A stretch of 38,231 nucleotides of DNA from a bacterium (lineage in GTDB: Bacteria > Babelota > Babeliae > Babelales > JAUWHS01), in the NCBI GenBank assembly GCA_043818275.1, contig JBDRFY010000079.1, positions 1-38,231 of the forward strand, given 5' to 3'. The notes beneath the pieces are model-generated. The model made no database searches. It saw only the letters and a list, made by a program, of their open reading frames with translations, and had not been told where the DNA came from. Below are positions 17,262 to 26,940 of this stretch, one piece after another. Within the stretch, counting starts at the first letter, position 1; each line of letters begins with the position of its first letter. The position numbers and the translations under genes were made by a program.

Positions 17262-18345
17262 ATTTTATGCAGGTGTAAGTAGAAAAATTATTATATTTTT
17301 ATTTTATTTCTTAATTGTTTTGTTTTTTTTATTTATTCCGAAAATTTTAAATTTTATTAAATTATCTTTGGTATCGGATAATACAATTAATATTTATGCT
17401 TTCATGGATATTATTCCACTTGACGCTATAAAAGAATTTGAAAAACAAAATGGGATTAAGGTTAGAGTAAAATATTTTGATAATAACGAAGATCTTTTGG
17501 CTAAATTTAGAATTAATAAAGGTGAGGGTTATGATTTAATAACAGTAACAGATTATATGATTGAGTTGTTACGTAGGGAGAGTTTGATTCAGCAAATTAA
17601 TGTTGCAAAAATTGAAGAATTTAAAAATATAGATTCAAGATTATTAAATAATTATTATGATCCTGGAAATAAGTATTCTATTCCTTATGCATGGTCTGTT
17701 TATGGAATTATTTATAATAAAAATTATTTTGGTCACAAAAAAATAGATTGGGACTATGTTTTTCGTCGTCCAAAGGGATTAGATTATAAAATTTGTATGC
17801 TGGATGATGCTTTGGAATCTGTTTTTTTAACTTCTATTGCATTATTTCAAAAAACAAGAAAATTGTCTGAATCTAATTTGAAAACTATAGAAAATGTCTT
17901 GATAGAACAAAAAAAATGGATTGAATGTTATACATATTCAGGATCAGAGTATTTTTTAAATAGCGGAACTGTGCAATTAGCACTTATTCCTGGATTAATA
18001 GCAAAAAAAATACTTAAAGAAAATAATAAATTTAAATTTGTTATTCCATCGAGAGGAAGTCTTATTTCTATTGAAAATTTTGCGGTACCTATCAAGAGTA
18101 AAAAATTAGATTTAATATATAAATTTATAAGTTTTATGATTTCTAAAGATGCTGCTAAATTGAATGTTGATGAATTTGGCTATAATCCCGTTAACGTAAA
18201 AGCTTATGATTTACCTGAAATGAAATTCATGAAAAATAACGGTATGTTTCCTCCTCCGTATATTTTTGATAAGTTAGATCTTGTTAATAATGAGTTATCT
18301 TTGGAACGTGTTAATGATATTTGGTTAAAGGTTAGGGTTAGTTAA
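17254..18345 (+). CDS. potD: Spermidine/putrescine-binding protein with N-terminal membrane anchor
   Basis: FEKQNGIKV, FDNNEDLLAK, YDPGNKYSIPYAW; operon position. Confidence 0.85.
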   Translation: MNRFYAGVSRKIIIFLFYFLIVLFFLFIPKILNFIKLSLVSDNTINIYAFMDIIPLDAIKEFEKQNGIKVRVKYFDNNEDLLAKFRINKGEGYDLITVTDYMIELLRRESLIQQINVAKIEEFKNIDSRLLNNYYDPGNKYSIPYAWSVYGIIYNKNYFGHKKIDWDYVFRRPKGLDYKICMLDDALESVFLTSIALFQKTRKLSESNLKTIENVLIEQKKWIECYTYSGSEYFLNSGTVQLALIPGLIAKKILKENNKFKFVIPSRGSLISIENFAVPIKSKKLDLIYKFISFMISKDAAKLNVDEFGYNPVNVKAYDLPEMKFMKNNGMFPPPYIFDKLDLVNNELSLERVNDIWLKVRVS

Positions 18346-18356
18346 TTAGGATTTAT

Positions 18357-19538
18357 ATGAATTATTTAAAAATAAAATTTGACTGGTTTTATTCAAATTT
18401 TCAAAAACGAAGAAAAATTTTTGAAGAATTTATACAAAAAACTTCCGGAAAAACGCAAGAAAATGCAAAAAATATTTTAATTTCTCTTGAAAATTTAGGT
18501 AGAGAAATAAATGAAATTTTTTCTCAATCCAAACAAGCTTCCATGAAAGAATTAAGGCAAAAAATTAAAAAATTTAAAGAGTTTTATAAAGAAATTAATG
18601 AAATACGCAAGCCTGCCTGGAGACAGTGGTTTGAAGCTTTAATTGTTGTGTTGCCATTAATTTTTGTATTACGTAATTTTGTTTTTGGTCTTTATCATGT
18701 TCCTACAGGTTCAGCTGAATATAATATTTTAGTTGGAGATCGTCTTTGGGGAAATAAGGTTGTTTATTTTTTTAATGATGTTCAACGTGGAGATTGTGTT
18801 ATTTTTGATAATCCGGAATTTTTTTATGATAAATCAAATCCAATTAAATTTTTTTGGCAAAAATATATTGGTTTCGGGATTCCTTTTTTGGGGTTGCCTA
18901 ATGGACCAGATAATTGGGTTAAGCGTGTTGTTGCTATTCCCGGAGATACTATTGAAGGAAGAATTGAAGATGGAAAAACGGTTATTTATAGAAATGGCGA
19001 AAAATTAAAAGAATCTTATGTGAATCCTTATCCTTTAATTCGTTTAATAAAAACTACAGGATTTTTTGATTTTGATTTTAATTTAGGATTGCTTAATTTT
19101 TTGAGATTAAATAGAAAAATAGTTGATTATACTTATGTTCCAGATATTGAATTAAGTGAACAACCTTTTTATTTTATGACAAAAAATGAAATTTATCGAA
19201 ATCCGGCTACCTGGGAACCAGTTTTTCGAAAACCTTACACACCAACTTATAATGAATTTGGTCAGAACGTGGATCTTTTTGGTCCTATAAAAGTTCCGGA
19301 AGGTAAATATTGGGTTATGGGGGATAGCAGAAAAAATAGTAGGGATAGCAGATTTTGGGGATTTTTAGATAAGTCTCTTGTGCATGGAAGAGCAAGTTTT
19401 ATAATTTATTCACTTGATAGTGAAGAACCAATTTGGTTATTTGAATTATTAAAGCATCCAATTGATTTTTGGACAAAATATTTAAGATGGAATAGAACTG
19501 GGAAAAGTTTAAGTACTTCAAACTGGCAAATAGATTAA
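18357..19538 (+). CDS. lepB: Signal peptidase I with N-terminal extension
   Basis: VPTGSAE (catalytic Ser), WVKRVVAIPGD (catalytic Lys), VMGDSRKNSRDSRFWG. Confidence 0.93.
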   Translation: MNYLKIKFDWFYSNFQKRRKIFEEFIQKTSGKTQENAKNILISLENLGREINEIFSQSKQASMKELRQKIKKFKEFYKEINEIRKPAWRQWFEALIVVLPLIFVLRNFVFGLYHVPTGSAEYNILVGDRLWGNKVVYFFNDVQRGDCVIFDNPEFFYDKSNPIKFFWQKYIGFGIPFLGLPNGPDNWVKRVVAIPGDTIEGRIEDGKTVIYRNGEKLKESYVNPYPLIRLIKTTGFFDFDFNLGLLNFLRLNRKIVDYTYVPDIELSEQPFYFMTKNEIYRNPATWEPVFRKPYTPTYNEFGQNVDLFGPIKVPEGKYWVMGDSRKNSRDSRFWGFLDKSLVHGRASFIIYSLDSEEPIWLFELLKHPIDFWTKYLRWNRTGKSLSTSNWQID

Positions 19539-19553
19539 ATTTAGGATTAAAGA

Positions 19554-21485
19554 ATGAATAGAAATAAATTTTATGTAACAACTCCTATTTATTATGTTAA
19601 TTCCAAACCGCATTTGGGAACTTTATATTCAACTCTTATTGCCGATGTGGCAGCTCGCTGGAATAAATTAAAAAGTAAAAAAGTATTTTTTTTAACTGGT
19701 ACTGATGAGCACGGACAAAAAATTGAAAATAAAGCAAAAGATGAGGGAAGAGATCCAAAAGAATTTGTTGATTCAATGATTGAGCCTTTTAAGAAAGTTT
19801 GGCATGAATATGAACTTGATTATGACAAATTCATTCGGACTACTGATCCGGAACATGAAAAGGCGGTTATAAAATTAATCAAAATTTTGCAACACAAAGG
19901 GGATGTTTATAAAGCACCATACATTGGATATTATTGCACTCATTGTGAAACTTTTGTAAATGTTGGGTCTGAAGCTGAAAAAAATGAAGCTGGAAAATAT
20001 ATTTGTCCGTCTTGCAAAAGAGAAATTTATGAGGTTTCTGAAGAAAGTTATTTTTTCAGACTTTCGGCTTACGAAGATCAATTATTAAAATTTTTCAAAG
20101 ACAATCCAAATTTTATTGTACCTAAAAATCGGCTTAACGAAGTTATTTCTTTTGTTAAGGAAGGTTTGAAAGATTTATGTATTTCACGAAAATCTGTTAA
20201 ATGGGGCATCCCTTTTCCTGGAGATCCGGATCACACAGTTTATGTTTGGGGTGATGCACTGACAAATTATATAAGTGCTATTGGTTTTGGTTCTGATGAT
20301 AAAAAGAAACAAGAAGAGTTTGATTTTTGGTGGCCAGCAGATTTGCATGTTTTGGGAAAAGATATTTTAAAATTTCATGCTGTTTATTGGCCGGCGATCT
20401 TGATGGCTGCAGGTCTACAACCGCCAAAACAACTTTTAGTTCATGGTTTTATTTTGATGGGTGAGTCCAAAATGTCCAAATCATTAGGCAATGTTATGGA
20501 TCCTAAAGTTTTGGCTGATTGGTATGGAATCGAACCTGTTCGTTATTATTTAATGAGACAAATGCCAATAACTCAGGATGGAAAATTTGATTTGAAAGAT
20601 TTGGAAAATAGGATTTCTGGGGATTTGGCAAATAATTTGGGTAATCTTTTAAATAGAACAGTAGGTCTTGCGTTAAAAAACGGTTTGGAAACAGTTGAAA
20701 CTTTTAATGTCTGGGAAGCTGATTCAGCATCCTTAAAAGAAAAATGTGAAGAAGCATTTAGAAGTTTTTGGGATGATATGAATCATAAAAATTATCATAT
20801 TGCGCTTGCTGATCTTGGAAACTTTATCTCGGAAGTTAATGGATATTTTCACTATATGCAGCCCTGGGTTTTGGCTAAGAAAAATAACGAATTATTTAAG
20901 GAAGTTATTTCCGCGACATGTCATAGTCTTTATGCAATTGGTATTATGCTTTGGCCAATTATGCCAAGAAAAATGGAAAAATTGCTACAACATTTGGGTT
21001 ACAGTTTTGATTTGAGTGAAAATTACGAAGAGGAACTGCGAAAAAATGAATGGAATAAAGTTTTTGTTTTAAATGAAGTTGGAGAACCTTTGTTTGTAAA
21101 ACCTGAAACACATGTTGAGCCTGTTGAGAAAGAAGAATTGGAAACAGAAAAAGAAGAAATTATAAACATGGATGATTTTGCAAAAATTAAATTACATGTT
21201 GGAAAAATTTTGGAATGCGAATCACTAAAAGATTCTGATAAACTTTATAAACTTCAGGTAGACCTTGGCAACCTAGGTAAACGACAAATCTTGGCTGGTG
21301 TAGCACAGTTTTTCAAGCCGGAAGAATTGATAGGAAAACTTGGAACGTTTGTTGTTAATTTAAAGCCAAGAAAAATTATGGGGGAAGAATCACAGGGAAT
21401 GATGCTTGTCGCAAAAGATGAAAAAGGCAACATGAGATTTGTTACATTTTCTGGGGAAGTTGAACCTGGAATCCGTTTAAGTTAA
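19554..21485 (+). CDS. metG: Methionine--tRNA ligase with C-terminal tRNA-binding domain
   Basis: YVTTPIYYVN..PHLG, GTDEHGQK, YVWGDAL, KMSKS, NLKPRKIMGEESQGM. Confidence 0.97.
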   Translation: MNRNKFYVTTPIYYVNSKPHLGTLYSTLIADVAARWNKLKSKKVFFLTGTDEHGQKIENKAKDEGRDPKEFVDSMIEPFKKVWHEYELDYDKFIRTTDPEHEKAVIKLIKILQHKGDVYKAPYIGYYCTHCETFVNVGSEAEKNEAGKYICPSCKREIYEVSEESYFFRLSAYEDQLLKFFKDNPNFIVPKNRLNEVISFVKEGLKDLCISRKSVKWGIPFPGDPDHTVYVWGDALTNYISAIGFGSDDKKKQEEFDFWWPADLHVLGKDILKFHAVYWPAILMAAGLQPPKQLLVHGFILMGESKMSKSLGNVMDPKVLADWYGIEPVRYYLMRQMPITQDGKFDLKDLENRISGDLANNLGNLLNRTVGLALKNGLETVETFNVWEADSASLKEKCEEAFRSFWDDMNHKNYHIALADLGNFISEVNGYFHYMQPWVLAKKNNELFKEVISATCHSLYAIGIMLWPIMPRKMEKLLQHLGYSFDLSENYEEELRKNEWNKVFVLNEVGEPLFVKPETHVEPVEKEELETEKEEIINMDDFAKIKLHVGKILECESLKDSDKLYKLQVDLGNLGKRQILAGVAQFFKPEELIGKLGTFVVNLKPRKIMGEESQGMMLVAKDEKGNMRFVTFSGEVEPGIRLS

Positions 21486-21513
21486 TTATTTTTAGAATTA
21501 ATAAAAATTAAAT

Positions 21514-21538
21514 GCCCGGATTTATTCGGGCTATTTTT
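21514..21538 (+). terminator. Intrinsic terminator after metG
   Basis: GCCCGGA-TTTA-TTCGGGC followed by TATTTTT. Confidence 0.7.
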
Positions 21539-21565
21539 ATGAAAATTATCTTGTTTTGATCCTTT

Positions 21566-21594
21566 TAGACATATTTGATGTATTCTTCTAAAAT
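21566..21594 (+). promoter_or_regulatory. Putative sigma70 promoter for sufS
   Basis: TAGACA, 17 nt spacer, TAAAAT; low specificity in AT-rich DNA. Confidence 0.4.
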
Positions 21595-21630
21595 ATAAAA
21601 AATAAATGATTTAATAAAAAGAGGTTTAAG

Positions 21631-22866
21631 ATGGATATTGAAAAATTAAGACAAGATTTTCCTATTTTAGGGCGAATTATAGATTCGAATCCTTTAATTT
21701 ATTTTGATAATGCTGCTACGAGTCAAAAGCCAAATATGATTATTGATGCTGTTTCTGATTTTTATAGAAAATACAATTCAAATGTTTTGCGCGGAGTTTA
21801 TCCATTGGCTGAGCAGGCTACCCAAATGTATGAAGATGCAAGACAAAAAGTTTCTATTTTTGTAAATGCATATGATTCAAGTGAAATAATATTTACAGGT
21901 GGAACTACAGAAGGTATAAATTTTATAGCCAATTCTTGGGCGCACGATAGTTTAAAAGAAGGTGACGAAATTGTTTTAACCGAGGTTGAGCACCATGCAA
22001 ATTTTTTACCTTGGGTTTTACTGGCAGAAAAAAAAGGACTCAAATTAAAATTTATAAAGATAAATCCACAAACTTTTAAGTTAGAATTTGATCCAAATCT
22101 TATAACTGAAAAAACAAAACTTGTTTCAGTAATTCATTCTTCAAATGTATTGGGGGATGTTTGGTCGGAAGGTCAACTTGAAGAAATGATTCAAAAAGCT
22201 AATGCTGTCGGAGCAAAAGTTTTAATAGATTCAGCTCAATCTGTTGCGCATAAAAAAATCGACATTCAAAAACTAAACCCAGCTTTTTTGGTTTTTTCAG
22301 GTCATAAAATCTTGGGACCAACCGGAATTGGGGTATTATATATCAAAAAAGATTTACATGAAAAAGTTAAACCATATCGTGTTGGTGGTTCGATGGTAAG
22401 GTCAGCTGTATCAGAATGTCCTATCTGGAATGAATCGCCGCAAAAATTTGAAGCAGGAACGCCGCCAATTGCTCAAGCTGTTGGGCTTGGCTCAGCAATT
22501 GATTATTTAACTCAAAATATAAATTTTGAAGAATTAAAAAAATATGAAGCAAAGCTTTGTGAAAAATTAATTGATGGATTATTAAAAATTCCAGGTATCC
22601 ACATCGTAGGAAATATTGTGGAGTTAAAAAAACAGGGACATCTTGTAAGTTTTTTTGTTGATGGAATGCATGTTCACGACGTTGCCAGCATGTTGGGAAA
22701 TAAAAATATTTGTACCCGGGCAGGTCATCATTGCGCGCAACCTTTGTCTGCAAAGTTAAAAATTGAATCTTCTTTGCGTGTAAGCTTTTATTTTTACAAT
22801 AATGAAAAAGAGGTTGATATTTTTTTAAAAGAATTAAAATCAGTTATAAGTTTTTTAAAAAAATAG
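21631..22866 (+). CDS. sufS: SufS-type (class II) cysteine desulfurase
   Basis: YFDNAATSQKP, FSGHK (PLP Lys), FEAGTP, RAGHHCAQP. Confidence 0.95.
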   Translation: MDIEKLRQDFPILGRIIDSNPLIYFDNAATSQKPNMIIDAVSDFYRKYNSNVLRGVYPLAEQATQMYEDARQKVSIFVNAYDSSEIIFTGGTTEGINFIANSWAHDSLKEGDEIVLTEVEHHANFLPWVLLAEKKGLKLKFIKINPQTFKLEFDPNLITEKTKLVSVIHSSNVLGDVWSEGQLEEMIQKANAVGAKVLIDSAQSVAHKKIDIQKLNPAFLVFSGHKILGPTGIGVLYIKKDLHEKVKPYRVGGSMVRSAVSECPIWNESPQKFEAGTPPIAQAVGLGSAIDYLTQNINFEELKKYEAKLCEKLIDGLLKIPGIHIVGNIVELKKQGHLVSFFVDGMHVHDVASMLGNKNICTRAGHHCAQPLSAKLKIESSLRVSFYFYNNEKEVDIFLKELKSVISFLKK

Positions 22867-22871
22867 GAAAT

Positions 22872-23252
22872 ATGAAAGTGAGTGATAAAATTTATCAGGA
22901 AGAGTTGATGGATCATTATAAATTTCCAAGAAACAGACAAAAAATAAAAGATCCTGATTTTTTTGCGGATGATGGAAATATTACATGTGGGGATAAGATT
23001 CATATTGAAGGAAAAATTGAAAATAATAAAATAACAGAAATTGGATTTGATGGAAGTGGTTGTGTTATAAGTCAGGCTGCAGCTTCGATGTTGACTGAAA
23101 AAGTTTTGGGCAAAACAATTGATGAGGTTTTAGCTTTAAATAAAGATGATATTATTGAACTCCTGGGAATTGAACTTGGACCAAACAGATTGAAATGCGC
23201 ATTGCTTTCTTTGCAGGTATTAAAAAAGGGATTGTCTGAGTTTAAGGAGTAA
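22872..23252 (+). CDS. sufU: SufU/IscU-like Fe-S scaffold or sulfur acceptor
   Basis: MDHYKFPRN, NITCGD, GSGCVISQAAAS, RLKCALL. Confidence 0.9.
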   Translation: MKVSDKIYQEELMDHYKFPRNRQKIKDPDFFADDGNITCGDKIHIEGKIENNKITEIGFDGSGCVISQAAASMLTEKVLGKTIDEVLALNKDDIIELLGIELGPNRLKCALLSLQVLKKGLSEFKE

Positions 23253-23271
23253 TTTTATTGAGGGAGGTGGG

Positions 23272-24891
23272 ATGAATAAAAAAATCTTGTTTATTTTTAT
23301 TTTTACTTTTATTAATAACGTATTTTGTACTTTAGTTGAAAATAATTTAAAAAACGAATCAGAGGAATTAAATATGATTGATATTCAAATTGCGCCAAAA
23401 AGATTTTGGGAAAATGACGTGGAGGGTTATATTTTCTTGTTACAAGAAAATATTGAAGATTCTTCTGAAATTGAAAAAATTGAATCTGAATATTATCCAA
23501 ACTTAAGAGAAATCCTTAAAAAGCATAAATTTAAAGGCGGCAAAAAAGATTCTTTCGTTTTAACCGCAACAAAAAATGAAAAATTAATTCAATTAATTTT
23601 TGTAGGTCTTGGAAAAGTTGATGGTTTATGGAGTACGGAACTTGAAAATTTAAGACGTGCTGTTGGCAGAGCGGTTAAATCGATTAAAAAATTAGAGATA
23701 GAAAGTTCTGTTTTGGATGTGCCATATCTTAAAGAGTTGGAAGTTGATATTGATGAAGTTGTAAAACAGATAACTGTTGCTGGAATTATGGCTGATTATG
23801 AATTTATAAAATTTAAAACGGCAAAAGATATCAAAGATTGGCATGGAAAATTACTTCTTTCAGTTAATGATGTGGACAAAAAAGATTGTGAAAAAAGCTT
23901 GATTGAAGGAATAATTATTGGTCGGGCTACAAACTTTACTCGTTCACTTGCCGATTTACCGCCAAATATTTTAACACCCGCCGTTTTGGCTCAAGAAGCA
24001 AAAAATATGGCTGTGGAATTAAATCTTAAATGTACTATTTTTGGCAGAGCTGAAGCAGAAAAACTTGGAATGGGCGGTTTTTTAGCTGTTGATGAAGGTT
24101 CAGACAAAGAAGGTAAATTTGTTGTTCTTGAATATTGGTGCGGTAAAAAAGATGCTCGCACAATTGCTTTGGTTGGAAAGGGTGTAACTTTTGATTCCGG
24201 TGGAGTGAGTTTAAAACCTCCCGCCAATATGACGGGAATGAAATATGACATGTCAGGCGCTGCTGGAGTTCTTGGTGTAATAAAAGCAATTGCTCAAATA
24301 AAACCAAACGTAAATGTAATTTCTGTTACTCCCTTAGTTGAAAACATGCCGAGTGGTAAATCTTCTCGTCAGGATGATATTATTACTTTCATGAATGGAA
24401 AAACAGCGGAAATACAAAATACAGATGCAGAAGGGCGATTGATTTTAGCTGATGCTTTGTGTTACGCGGAAAAGAATTATAATCCAGATGTTATGATTGA
24501 TGTTGCAACATTGACCGCAGCATGTGTTTATGCTTTGGGACATTTTTTTACCGGTTTGATGACAAAAAATAAAGAACTTGAAGAATCTCTTATTGAATCT
24601 GCAATGTTGACTGGAGATAGAGTTTGGCCATTGCCATTTGACGATGATTTTAAACCTGCAATTGAATCAGATGTTGCAGATATTGCAAATACGGGAAAAC
24701 CAAATTACAAAGCGGGAACAGTAACCGCAGGATGGTTTTTAAGCAATTTCGTTGATAAATCAAAATGGGCTCATCTTGATATTGCGGGAACCTCAGATGG
24801 AGTTCCAGGAATTGATTATATTGATAGTAAATGTTCAGCCGGAGCGGCTGTTAGATTATTGATTAATTTTATTTTAAATTACGAAAAATAA
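23272..24891 (+). CDS. pepA: Leucyl aminopeptidase (M17) with signal-peptide-like N-terminus; second start at 23374
   Basis: VGKGVTFDSGG, MKYDMSGA, NTDAEGRLILADAL, WAHLDIAG. Confidence 0.95.
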   Translation: MNKKILFIFIFTFINNVFCTLVENNLKNESEELNMIDIQIAPKRFWENDVEGYIFLLQENIEDSSEIEKIESEYYPNLREILKKHKFKGGKKDSFVLTATKNEKLIQLIFVGLGKVDGLWSTELENLRRAVGRAVKSIKKLEIESSVLDVPYLKELEVDIDEVVKQITVAGIMADYEFIKFKTAKDIKDWHGKLLLSVNDVDKKDCEKSLIEGIIIGRATNFTRSLADLPPNILTPAVLAQEAKNMAVELNLKCTIFGRAEAEKLGMGGFLAVDEGSDKEGKFVVLEYWCGKKDARTIALVGKGVTFDSGGVSLKPPANMTGMKYDMSGAAGVLGVIKAIAQIKPNVNVISVTPLVENMPSGKSSRQDDIITFMNGKTAEIQNTDAEGRLILADALCYAEKNYNPDVMIDVATLTAACVYALGHFFTGLMTKNKELEESLIESAMLTGDRVWPLPFDDDFKPAIESDVADIANTGKPNYKAGTVTAGWFLSNFVDKSKWAHLDIAGTSDGVPGIDYIDSKCSAGAAVRLLINFILNYEK

Positions 24892-24896
24892 ATAAG

Positions 24897-25994
24897 ATGA
24901 AGTTTATAAAAAAGGTATTGTTTTGTTTATTGTTTTTATCTTTTCCTGCTTGTTTTTCTATCCCTAGATTTATCATTTTGCCTAACATAAGTGCGCAAAG
25001 TTGTTACATGAATTCAGTGTTGCAAATTTTGCTGCGAAATAAAGATCTGAATAATATTTTGTTGGAAAATAAAAATGATTTTAGGGATTCTCCAATTAAA
25101 GATTACATTGATTTTTATATAAAACTGGATGAACAAGTGGTTGATGAGATTGATATAAAAAATAATCAAGTATTATTTAATTTATTAAAAGCCTTTTTTG
25201 ATGAAAGTAGAGAGGTTTTTAAAAACAAGCTGCACCAGAGTAAAAGTTATATGGGAGAAAACCGTTATGGTGTTGAAGGTGGAACGGCTGAAGATTTTTA
25301 TCAAGATTTTCTAGAGGAAATGTGTGACAAGCAATCTGTGAAATTATGTTCTGATTTTAAAAAAAAATATTTTGTTGGTTTTTATTCTATAAACTCTAAG
25401 ACAAATCAAAAGATTCGACGAGAACAACCGATTTTGTTTGTAAGTGTTAATGATATTAAAGAAACAATTAAGAATAAAGAAGATATGGATGTAGATGATG
25501 AGGATATCTCTATCGTTAGTTTTACTTATAAAGAGGTTTCATATTTTCCTAATCATTTGGTTATAGAGCCAGGAAATTTTTTGAAGAATTATTTCTCTTT
25601 AAATGATTTTGATCCTAAAAATTATTTAAAAACGGAAAATATTACTTTAAATAAAAAATATAAATTAAATGGTATTGTTGCTTCTTACAAAGAGAAAAAA
25701 CATGCTGTTTCTTTTGTTAATATTCAAGATGTTTGGTATGAGTGTGATGATTTAAAACCAGATATTAAGCCAATCGAACAACAAGAAATATTAAACCTGG
25801 TAAACAACTTGGAAAATAAAAATATTTATGTAAATCTTCTTTTTTATGAACAAAAAGAATCCCAAACAAAAAAATTAGTTAAAAAAACGCCACATTCCAA
25901 ATCTCCCATTCATAAGACCAGGGTAAAAAAGAGGGACTCCAAATACAGCAATTTTTGGCATAATCTCTTTAATTTTTACTTTATGTTTGTTTGA
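24897..25994 (+). CDS. Secreted ubiquitin-specific protease (USP/C19)-like cysteine protease
   Basis: Signal peptide; Cys box LPNISAQSCYMNSVLQIL; His box YKLNGIV...HAVSFV...WYECDD; terminal LLFYE. Confidence 0.8.
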   Translation: MKFIKKVLFCLLFLSFPACFSIPRFIILPNISAQSCYMNSVLQILLRNKDLNNILLENKNDFRDSPIKDYIDFYIKLDEQVVDEIDIKNNQVLFNLLKAFFDESREVFKNKLHQSKSYMGENRYGVEGGTAEDFYQDFLEEMCDKQSVKLCSDFKKKYFVGFYSINSKTNQKIRREQPILFVSVNDIKETIKNKEDMDVDDEDISIVSFTYKEVSYFPNHLVIEPGNFLKNYFSLNDFDPKNYLKTENITLNKKYKLNGIVASYKEKKHAVSFVNIQDVWYECDDLKPDIKPIEQQEILNLVNNLENKNIYVNLLFYEQKESQTKKLVKKTPHSKSPIHKTRVKKRDSKYSNFWHNLFNFYFMFV

Positions 25995-26923
25995 TGAAAA
26001 ATTTTAGCTATTTGTTATTTAGCAGTTTAATTATTTTTAGTTGTGATTTTTTTGCAGTGCAAGGAGAACCTGTGAAAGATGTATTTTTATGTCATGTTTA
26101 TACCTTTGTTGATGAAAAAACTTACGAAGAAATTAAAAAATCAGATTTTTTAAAGAATGAATTTTGTCATTGTGAAGAAAAAACTCATAGCGCTGGAGAT
26201 GGCGCAACTTGGACTGGTTTTTATTTGACAGGAGAAAATACTTATATTGAATTTTTTAATCATAAAGATCGGGATTATCTATTAACTGTTGATTGTGGTG
26301 GGAGTAATGCTATTGCATTTAGTATAGATAACCCAAAAGAATTTAATGAGTTGGTTGAAAATTTCAAACAAAAATTTTTAGCAAATAATATTCGTTCAGG
26401 ACTTATTGAAAAAAATATTGATAATAATCTTATCAATTGGTTCTATTATTTGTTCTTAATTAAAGATTTTTCAATGATGCCAGAATTGGATTCTTGGGTT
26501 ATGACTTATCATCAGGATTATCCAAAAAAAGTAGGAAGGAATCAACCAGAAAAAGAGGATATTATTACTCGGAAATATTATAATAAAGAATGTAATGCAG
26601 TACCATACGATGAAAGTAAATTGTTTAAAGATATAGAAGAAATAACTTTATGGTTAAACGATGATAATAAAGTGAAATTTGTTAATCAATTAAATTTATT
26701 TGGCTACACATGTGAAGAGGTTGATAATTGTGTAATTTGTCGTGGTTCAGATGTTGTGATTAATATTAAATCTTCTAGTGATGATAAAAGCGAACATTTG
26801 ATTTTATGTATGAGTTTAAATCGTGAAGTAAATGGTGCTCAGATATATAACATTGGAAATTCTAAGTTAGAGCTTAAAGATAAAACAGCTGTATGGAAGT
26901 TTGCTAAAATCTCTGAGAATTAA
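25991..26923 (+). CDS. DUF5829-like (glyoxalase/VOC-like) protein with signal-peptide-like N-terminus
   Basis: FLCHVYTFVD..TY..I..S.FL and WTGFYLTGENTYIEFF, recalled from memory as the DUF5829 pattern. Confidence 0.6.
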   Translation: MMKNFSYLLFSSLIIFSCDFFAVQGEPVKDVFLCHVYTFVDEKTYEEIKKSDFLKNEFCHCEEKTHSAGDGATWTGFYLTGENTYIEFFNHKDRDYLLTVDCGGSNAIAFSIDNPKEFNELVENFKQKFLANNIRSGLIEKNIDNNLINWFYYLFLIKDFSMMPELDSWVMTYHQDYPKKVGRNQPEKEDIITRKYYNKECNAVPYDESKLFKDIEEITLWLNDDNKVKFVNQLNLFGYTCEEVDNCVICRGSDVVINIKSSSDDKSEHLILCMSLNREVNGAQIYNIGNSKLELKDKTAVWKFAKISEN

Positions 26924-26940
26924 GTAATTCTTAAAATTTT

